A stretch of 64,000 bases of DNA, taken from Candidatus Aminicenantes bacterium. GTDB lineage: Bacteria > Acidobacteriota > Aminicenantia > Aminicenantales > JAFGBC01. The position numbers and the translations under genes were made by a program. Under the pieces are notes generated by a model. The model saw only the letters and a list, made by a program, of their open reading frames with translations, had not been told where the DNA came from and ran no database searches. How positions within the stretch are numbered: the first letter of the stretch is position 1; the number at the start of each line of letters is the position of its first letter. The stretch spans positions 3,872,001 through 3,936,000 of the forward strand of contig OY969696.1 of NCBI GenBank assembly GCA_963702005.1, in the 5' to 3' direction. Below, in pieces: positions 58,142-64,000 of this stretch.

Positions 58142-59065
58142 TTATCTTCTCCGGTACACATCGGTGCTCAAGTACTTAAGGCCGGAGTCGGCTATCAGCG
58201 TGACCACCTTGGCATCGGGCCCGAGCCGCTCTGCGACTCGAATCGCGGCGACGACGTTCGCTCCGGAAGACGTCCCCGCGAAGAGGGCTTCCTCCCGCGC
58301 GATGCGCCTCGCCATGTCCTTCGCATCGTCCGTTCTGACCGCAAGGATGTCGTCCACGAGAGTCGGCTCCCAGAGTGGAGGAGTGTAGCCAATCCCAACT
58401 CCTTCGATCTGGTGAGGGCCCGCCTGCCCTCCCAGCAACACCGAGGATTCCGCGGGTTCGACGACGACGATCTTGATACTCGGTTTGTATCGTTTCAGCA
58501 CCGTGGCGACCCCACGCAAAGAAGCCGCCGTACCCGCGCAGTGAACGAAGGCGTCGATCTCCCCCTTCGTTTGACTCCAGATCTCCTCGCCCAGCGGGTA
58601 GTAACCCGCGATGCTGTCATGGTTGTTGAGTTGGTCGATCCAGTAGGTGTGAGGCTCTTGGCTCAACCCACGGGCGGCCTCGATCATGTCCAGGATCAGC
58701 TTCTTGGTGGTGAGGCCTCCCTCGCTCGGGACGAGCGTCAGCTCGGCGCCAAGCGCCGCCATCTGATCCAGCTTCTCCCGGCTGAACGCATCGGAGCTGA
58801 CGATCCGGAGACGGTAGCCTTTGGCGGCGCAGACTAATGCAAGCGATGCCCCTGTGCTGCCACCCGTGTACTCGACGACGGTGTCTCCGGGCTTTAGTCG
58901 GCCGTCCTCCTCCGCCCGCGAAATCACGGCCCGTGCCATCCGGTCCTTGAGGCTGCCGCTGGGATTCTCCCACTCGAGCTTCACGAAGATGTCCGCACAA
59001 TGGGGTGGAACAACCTTGCGAAGTCGAACTATCGATGTGTTTCCAATGGCATTGAGAATGTCCAT
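58142..59065 (-). CDS. Cysteine synthase-family PLP enzyme (CysK-like, divergent)
   Basis: IGNT, KLEWENPSGSLKDR, EYTGGSTG, IEGVG, GTSSGAN, DSGLKYLST. Confidence 0.88.
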   Translation of the reverse strand: MDILNAIGNTSIVRLRKVVPPHCADIFVKLEWENPSGSLKDRMARAVISRAEEDGRLKPGDTVVEYTGGSTGASLALVCAAKGYRLRIVSSDAFSREKLDQMAALGAELTLVPSEGGLTTKKLILDMIEAARGLSQEPHTYWIDQLNNHDSIAGYYPLGEEIWSQTKGEIDAFVHCAGTAASLRGVATVLKRYKPSIKIVVVEPAESSVLLGGQAGPHQIEGVGIGYTPPLWEPTLVDDILAVRTDDAKDMARRIAREEALFAGTSSGANVVAAIRVAERLGPDAKVVTLIADSGLKYLSTDVYRRR

Positions 59066-59263
59066 GGGTGGAACTCTCCCTCTACTGGTTGGTTTCCTCG
59101 ACGTGCGCAGTATATATACTATGCAAGTAGCTCGGTGTCAAAAAAGGCACCTCTCGATTCGTCAAACCGTACCGTGGAGAATTGGAAAGGGTCCTCTCAC
59201 CATGCTCGACGTATTCTCCTGATTCAACGTCAATTGAAGCAGGCAGACGACTTCTAAATCGTC

Positions 59264-59379
59264 CGCTAACACCGCGGATGAGCCGCGGGCACCAGCCAAG
59301 CGCGGCGGGTGCAGCGGCGAAGCCGCGATCTGCAGCCGCCGTGACAGGCAAGCCCGTCGGCTCCATACGCTTGTTAGAG
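59264..59379 (-). other. Integron attC site (116 bp)
   Basis: Minus strand CTCTAAC AAGCG TATGGAGC ... GCTCAT CCGCGGT GTTAGCG, with extra-helical base and central stem. Confidence 0.88.
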
Positions 59380-59396
59380 CGCGCCGTCGCGCAGGA

Positions 59397-61337
59397 TCAC
59401 TTGTCCTCACTCTCCTGAATCCCAAGCGAGCGCCGCATCTTGCGTTCAAAGGCCGATGCAAGTCTGACCTCGAGTGCTCTCTTGGCTGTCTTCAGGCTTG
59501 TTCCGAACACCAGATTCAACAGGCCGAACACTGCCGCAAAGCCCAGAGCGACAGGGAGAATCAGTCTCGCCCAACCAAAAGACAACTTGGGAAACGGCTC
59601 AGGCAGAGTCGCGTACGCTGCCGCAAGCAAGAGCGGGAAGACGATTCCCATCGCGGCCGTAGAGACGACGGCAGCCCTTCGTACTGAGATGGATCGGACT
59701 CGCTCGGCCAGTTGTCTCTGCTTCTCCTTTGCAGCGGCTACGTCCTGCTCCGCCTTGAGTCTCCTATCTCGCTCGGCTTGGGCCTTCCGCTCTGACTCGG
59801 CTCTGATCTCGGCTAGAGCCAAGGAAAGCACCTCGTCAGGCGTGCCCTCGACGAACGCCGCCGGATCGCCGGCAGTCACATCCATGAGCATGCGCCGAGC
59901 TTCAGTAGAGAACCGAAGCACCATGTAGTCATCGTCGCCGATAGTGCCTTCCTCCTGAAGCTGGCTGATCCGCGCGAGGTACTTGCGCCAGAGCGACTCA
60001 GACGGTTGGTAGGACGTATGGCATGACGCGATCAGACGCTTCCTCGGTAGCTCAGGCGCTCGCGTCGGCGACTTCAGCCAAGCAAGCGTTGCCAAGACAT
60101 GGTCGAGGACTGCCGGGGGCACGCTGGGCTGCTTCCTGGAGCCGCAGAAGAACTCTGCTCCGACCTGTGCCAATGCGGCATTGGAGGTGACGAAGATGGC
60201 CTTGCATGACTCCAGATCTCCTATGAGCCGTCCCCGTCTGATACGATGTATTGATGTAAGAGCGTCGATGTCGTGGTGGAGAGACTCGTCGTGCTTGTAC
60301 AGAATGCGCGCCCGAAGGGCCTTCTCCAGAGCGGCTTCATCAACGCCAAGGGGATTCTCGTGCTCAGGGCGCTGCTTGACCCTGATGCGACGACTGGAGA
60401 GAAGAGACGGTAGCTTGCCTATCTTCAGCTCCACACTGCTTGACGTAATCCCCTCTTTCAGTAGGAACTCGTCGAGTTCGAAGTGCGGGTCTCCCCTGGA
60501 CGGAGCCGACTTGAGAGCATGCGAGGTTGCGCTGAGTACTCTTCGAACCTCCTCGAGAGTCGAGTCGAAGCAGCAGAGCTGGGCATTCAGCTGGTAAAGG
60601 AGCTCGAGAAGCTCGATCGTTGGTGCCTGCAGAGCCGGTGTGGCCATGCCGATCGCCCTTAGAACTATGGGCGTGTCCAAGTACATCTGCACATCCTCGA
60701 ACCGCTGCTCGACCTCGCCGAGGTTCGGGTACAGAAGGACATTGGCCAGCATGCTACCTTTCACGATCATTTCGAGGTCCGAGAACAGCGTCGGCTCCTC
60801 TTCGCATATGTGCTGACTGAATGATGCTGCTAGGAAGGTGGCTCGACCCGACGCCGAATCTGGTAGTGCAAGTGGACTCCCCTCAACGACCGACATCAGG
60901 ATTGGAACAGACTGCCCTTCGACATATGAGAGAAGCGCCTCCTCTGCCGCTTCCCTAGATAGTTCGAGGCTGTGCTTCCTATGAACGTACGCGATGAAGG
61001 CATCAATCAGGGAGTTCACTCGGCGTAGGGCGGCTGCACGAGCATTGGATGTGTCGTACTTGGCGAGAGCATCCGGTAGTCTCAAGTAGACTCGGTTCTG
61101 AAGCTTGACCAGCCCTCGCTTGTAGGCCCGTCCCAGAATCGTCTTCAAGGCACCGAGCGGGATGTTGAATCCAAAGAGGACACGGACACCCTGCTGCAGC
61201 TGTCCCAAGGAAATCTGGTCCTGCGAGGCGTCCGACAGAGCCTCTGCGACGAAGGGCACGAAGCCCTCGATATAGTCGTGGCCGCGGTCCCAATTGACCT
61301 GCAGAATAGCGAGGCTCGCTAGTGCTCTGTCAGACAA
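59397..61337 (-). CDS. Integron cassette protein: PIN-like domain plus two C-terminal TM helices; function unknown
   Basis: TTG start after AAGGAG; MYLDTPIV, LEEV, HDIDAL, IFVTSN; coiled coil, then two hydrophobic helices. Confidence 0.7.
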   Translation of the reverse strand: MSDRALASLAILQVNWDRGHDYIEGFVPFVAEALSDASQDQISLGQLQQGVRVLFGFNIPLGALKTILGRAYKRGLVKLQNRVYLRLPDALAKYDTSNARAAALRRVNSLIDAFIAYVHRKHSLELSREAAEEALLSYVEGQSVPILMSVVEGSPLALPDSASGRATFLAASFSQHICEEEPTLFSDLEMIVKGSMLANVLLYPNLGEVEQRFEDVQMYLDTPIVLRAIGMATPALQAPTIELLELLYQLNAQLCCFDSTLEEVRRVLSATSHALKSAPSRGDPHFELDEFLLKEGITSSSVELKIGKLPSLLSSRRIRVKQRPEHENPLGVDEAALEKALRARILYKHDESLHHDIDALTSIHRIRRGRLIGDLESCKAIFVTSNAALAQVGAEFFCGSRKQPSVPPAVLDHVLATLAWLKSPTRAPELPRKRLIASCHTSYQPSESLWRKYLARISQLQEEGTIGDDDYMVLRFSTEARRMLMDVTAGDPAAFVEGTPDEVLSLALAEIRAESERKAQAERDRRLKAEQDVAAAKEKQRQLAERVRSISVRRAAVVSTAAMGIVFPLLLAAAYATLPEPFPKLSFGWARLILPVALGFAAVFGLLNLVFGTSLKTAKRALEVRLASAFERKMRRSLGIQESEDK

Positions 61338-61383
61338 CGTCTTGTCTCCTTCGAACGTGGAGCTCTTCGAATCTCAAGGCGCG

Positions 61384-61548
61384 CTCTAACAATAATTAGA
61401 TTGATCCGTATAAGATGCGGAGTTCCGGTTTTCTGTCCGTATAACATGCCATGGGATTTCTTGCCGAAGGCGCGGTAACCCGTTTGCATTCATTTGCTTG
61501 CCGCCTGTCCAGCGGTTCGGCGCGGCATCTTATATGGATCGACATAAC
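61384..61548 (-). other. attI-like recombination region at the head of the cassette
   Basis: Core GTTAGAG preceded by ATCTAAT; direct repeats TTATACGGA; 15/16-bp inverted repeat; no attC-type fold. Confidence 0.45.
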
Positions 61549-61871
61549 ACAACCTCCTTGAATGGTTTCGAAGCCCCCCATGAACATAGATATACTTTAT
61601 TACTCTGATTCGGAGGATGTCAAGAACCGGAAGCACAGACCAATAGTCACAGGAGCGCAGCTGAAGAGACCGCCCTGAGGAAATAATTATCAGAGCTTTA
61701 AACATGCCATGGACGACTTGTTGGACTGGTTAGGGACGGAGAAGGCAGGAATGACATCCTTATGAAAAATAAGGCAGGGCTTGAAGGCGAGCCGCATCTC
61801 GGCCTTAGTGACGCGGAGATCGATTTTTCTATTGACATTTCTATCGTCATTTGGCATGATAATTGACGACT

Positions 61872-63032
61872 ATGGCGACAGTACAACCTTCATCAGCAAC
61901 CTGGGTTCCCCGTCTGCTGGACCTGCCCGGCCTCATTGAGAAGCGATCTCACTTCCTATTCGGACCGCGGCAGACCGGCAAGACCTCTCTCGTCCGTCGT
62001 TCTCTCAAAGAGGCGAAGGTCTATGATCTCCTTGACACCTCGGTTTTCCTCGTCCTCAGCCGGAATCCCGGCCGAATCTCGGAAGAACTGGGACCCAGGG
62101 ATTCGATCGTGGTGATCGACGAGATCCAGCGTCTGCCGATCCTTTTAAACGAGGTGCATCGCTTGATCGAATCGAGGGGTGTGCGGTTCTTGCTGACGGG
62201 ATCGAGCGCCCGGAAGCTCCGGCGCGGCGGCATCAATCTGCTCGGCGGGCGAGCCCGGATAAAAAAACTTCACCCGCTAACTTGGAAAGAGCTGGGAGAC
62301 CGATTCGACCTGGGCCGGGCGATGGATAGAGGACTGCTCCCATCGATCTACTTTTCGGATGATCCCCGAGCCGATCTCCTGGCTTATGCCGGGACGTACC
62401 TGCAACAGGAGATCATTGCGGAAGGCACGGTCCGCAACGTGCCCGCGTTCAGCCGGTTCCTGAAAGTCGCCGCGCACTGCAACGCGACCGTCGTGAACTT
62501 CACCAACGTGGCCAACGACGCCCAAGTGGCCCGGACGACCGTCTATGAATATTTCGAAATTCTGAAAGATACGCTCGTTTTACATGAGCTTCCTGCCTGG
62601 AGGAAGACGAAAAAAAGGAAGCCGTTTGCCTCGTCGAAATATTATTTCTTTGACGTGGGCGTCGCGGGATCGCTCCAGGGAAGAGCGTTCAGGCCGGGGA
62701 CACCCGAATTCGGCGAGGCCTTCGAAACTTTTCTCATGCATGAGCTTTCCAGCCATGCGGATTATGTGTCCGGGGAAGCGCTCGGTTACTGGCGTTCGAA
62801 ATCCGGTTTCGAGGTGGATTTCATCCTGGGAGACCATACGGCCGTGGAAGCTAAAGCCAAGGAGAATGTGTCGCCCCAGGATTTGAGGTCTCTTCGGGCG
62901 TTGGCCGAAGAGAAGATGCTCAAGCGTTATCTCTGCGTCTCCCTGGAGCGCCGCCCCCGGACCGTGGAAGGCGTCACCGTCCTTCCGTTCAAGACATTTC
63001 TGGAAGCCCTCTGGGCTGGGGAATACCTATAG
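61872..63032 (+). CDS. AAA+ ATPase with DUF4143 domain
   Basis: GPRQTGKT, IDEIQ, LTGSSA, KYYFFDVG, YWRSKSGFEVDF, EAK. Confidence 0.9.
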   Translation: MATVQPSSATWVPRLLDLPGLIEKRSHFLFGPRQTGKTSLVRRSLKEAKVYDLLDTSVFLVLSRNPGRISEELGPRDSIVVIDEIQRLPILLNEVHRLIESRGVRFLLTGSSARKLRRGGINLLGGRARIKKLHPLTWKELGDRFDLGRAMDRGLLPSIYFSDDPRADLLAYAGTYLQQEIIAEGTVRNVPAFSRFLKVAAHCNATVVNFTNVANDAQVARTTVYEYFEILKDTLVLHELPAWRKTKKRKPFASSKYYFFDVGVAGSLQGRAFRPGTPEFGEAFETFLMHELSSHADYVSGEALGYWRSKSGFEVDFILGDHTAVEAKAKENVSPQDLRSLRALAEEKMLKRYLCVSLERRPRTVEGVTVLPFKTFLEALWAGEYL

Positions 63033-63305
63033 GAAATTAGCGGAATGGGTTTTTGGCTCCTGCCAATAGTCTAGATCATAATCGGTCGTGTTAAACACTC
63101 GGACCCACATCTCTTGGCTGAGAAAGCCGCCAAAGTTCTTGGTGAAGCCTGCTCCGGTCAAATCATCGACTCCCCGGCCTGAAGGCCGGGGCTTGTTCAT
63201 GATTAACCCTGAGCCTCGCTCTCATCCCCGCCTTGAAAGGCGGGGCTTGGCGTCGGCGAAAGGGTCAACAGGTAACGGTTGGCCGCATTCAAGCTTGAAC
63301 TCAAC
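63027..63305 (-). pseudogene. SIR2-like cassette gene remnant, interrupted by a family C element and truncated
   Basis: Removing the 107-bp insert restores YLLTGAGFTKNFGGFLSQEMW directly downstream of the attC core. Confidence 0.6.
63157..63268. mobile_element. MITE/PATE-like element (family C), copy 3; 107-bp frameshifting insertion
   Basis: GTCAA at 63157 and 63264; hairpins ccccggcct-ga-aggccgggg and ccccgcctt-ga-aaggcgggg. Confidence 0.82.
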
Positions 63306-63309
63306 TCCA

Positions 63310-63366
63310 ATCTAACGCCATGATGAGCCGCGACTGTAAGGAGTCGGCTCCACCAATTCGTTAGCC
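63310..63366 (-). other. Integron attC site (57 bp)
   Basis: Minus strand GGCTAAC GAATT GGTGGAGC CGACT..AGTCG CG GCTCAT CATGGC GTTAGAT, directly after the HNH gene stop. Confidence 0.85.
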
Positions 63367-63367
63367 A

Positions 63368-64000
63368 TTATTCGTCTTCGTCTTGAGCCACTTCGTTTTC
63401 CGATAGAGGCTCAATCTTTCTTCTCCCATGAATTAGGTCATGGCAGTCGGGGCATAGAACCATTATGTTTTCCTGTTTCGTCTTGCCACCCTCGGAGTAT
63501 AGCTGTTTGTGATGGTACTCTGCTTCCCGGTGATTCTTGAATTTCCGAGAGCACATTTCGCACGTATGATGGATTGCAAAGAGAGCGATCTTTTCCTCAT
63601 CGGGTATTTGTCTCTTGTCATCCAGTTCCAGAACTTTGTGCTTGTTGAGAAATTCCTTGATCAGAATATCCCGGCGCAACGCGACTATCTTTTCCGTCCA
63701 GCCGCCCCGGACGTTGTCATAGAACCGCTGATAGTCGGTTTTTGATCTGCGAAAATCTTCGTTGTAAACCTTGCCATGGAAGTCTTGAACAAAGGCGAGC
63801 ACATTGCTTTCTTGGCCTACGAGGGAATAGCCCACCTGTAACTCCCTGATCATTGTGTAGACGGCGAGCACCCATGCGTGTTTCTCGAAACAGCTATACG
63901 GCCCGTTTTCGGCAGGAAAGCATTTTTCGAGATAGTTGAGCACGCGGGTGGCGGCCTTGTATTCCGGGGAGGCATCGCCAAGCGTTTTTTGATCATCAAA
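63368..64000 (-). CDS. Cassette protein with C-terminal HNH endonuclease domain; 5' part lies outside the window
   Basis: CEMC...EYHH...GGKT...NIMVLCPDCHDLIH; frame open to the window end. Confidence 0.85.
   Translation of the reverse strand, partial: FDDQKTLGDASPEYKAATRVLNYLEKCFPAENGPYSCFEKHAWVLAVYTMIRELQVGYSLVGQESNVLAFVQDFHGKVYNEDFRRSKTDYQRFYDNVRGGWTEKIVALRRDILIKEFLNKHKVLELDDKRQIPDEEKIALFAIHHTCEMCSRKFKNHREAEYHHKQLYSEGGKTKQENIMVLCPDCHDLIHGRRKIEPLSENEVAQDEDE

Noticed and set aside
59162-59203. Short ORF MVRGPFPILHGTV after the attC core
   Set aside because: It has an RBS but only 13 codons and no recognisable homology; at most a cassette scar
61560-63032. Integron integrase at the position divergent from the attI-like site
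   Set aside because: The gene has Walker A/B and DUF4143 motifs, with no tyrosine-recombinase R-H-R-H-Y residues
38245-63268. Family C elements as complete omega/HEARO RNA loci
   Set aside because: About 105 bp is short, and no IscB or TnpB ORF is adjacent; only an end-like resemblance is supported
1-64000. Many long overlapping or antisense ORFs (e.g. 7329-10622 -, 4030-6213 -, 19242-21635 +, 692-1939 -)
   Set aside because: Shadow frames of GC-rich genes; Arg/Gly/Pro-rich or motif-free and overlapping well-supported CDSs
1-64000. CRISPR array, rRNA or tRNA genes
   Set aside because: No regularly spaced direct repeats and no recognisable rRNA or tRNA sequence; the repeats found are dispersed hairpins

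Overview
GC-rich bacterial DNA from a diderm heterotroph (Omp85 and PagL-like outer-membrane proteins, many secreted glycosidases). The style suggests an Acidobacteriota/Ca. Aminicenantia-like organism, but that is inference only. The window has three zones. (1) 1-43.7 kb: carbohydrate and envelope genes (ribokinase, a frameshifted BNR/VPS10 protein, a peptidase-TolB-Omp85 fusion, GH78, GH27, GH127-like, GH31, GH29, four UroD/MtaA-like paralogs, two TlpA-like paralogs), with three families of small palindromic repeats; one repeat copy sits in-frame inside a gene. (2) 43.8-56.6 kb: a lower-GC block with an intact NADP-glutamate dehydrogenase, a divergent GDH paralog lacking the catalytic Lys, three PPDK-N (ATP-grasp) proteins sharing a G[ST]HF His motif, two receiver-domain proteins, a fused nucleotidyltransferase and a metallophosphoesterase, but no canonical histidine kinase. 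This is the best candidate for an undescribed system: dikinase-type signalling that controls GDH. (3) 56.6-64 kb: a decaying integron cassette region without intI (two complete attC, one half attC, an attI-like site) carrying a PIN-like/transmembrane protein, an HNH nuclease and a disrupted SIR2-like remnant, all candidate anti-phage cassettes. No rRNA, tRNA or CRISPR array was recognised. All product calls come from visual motif recognition; no searches were run.
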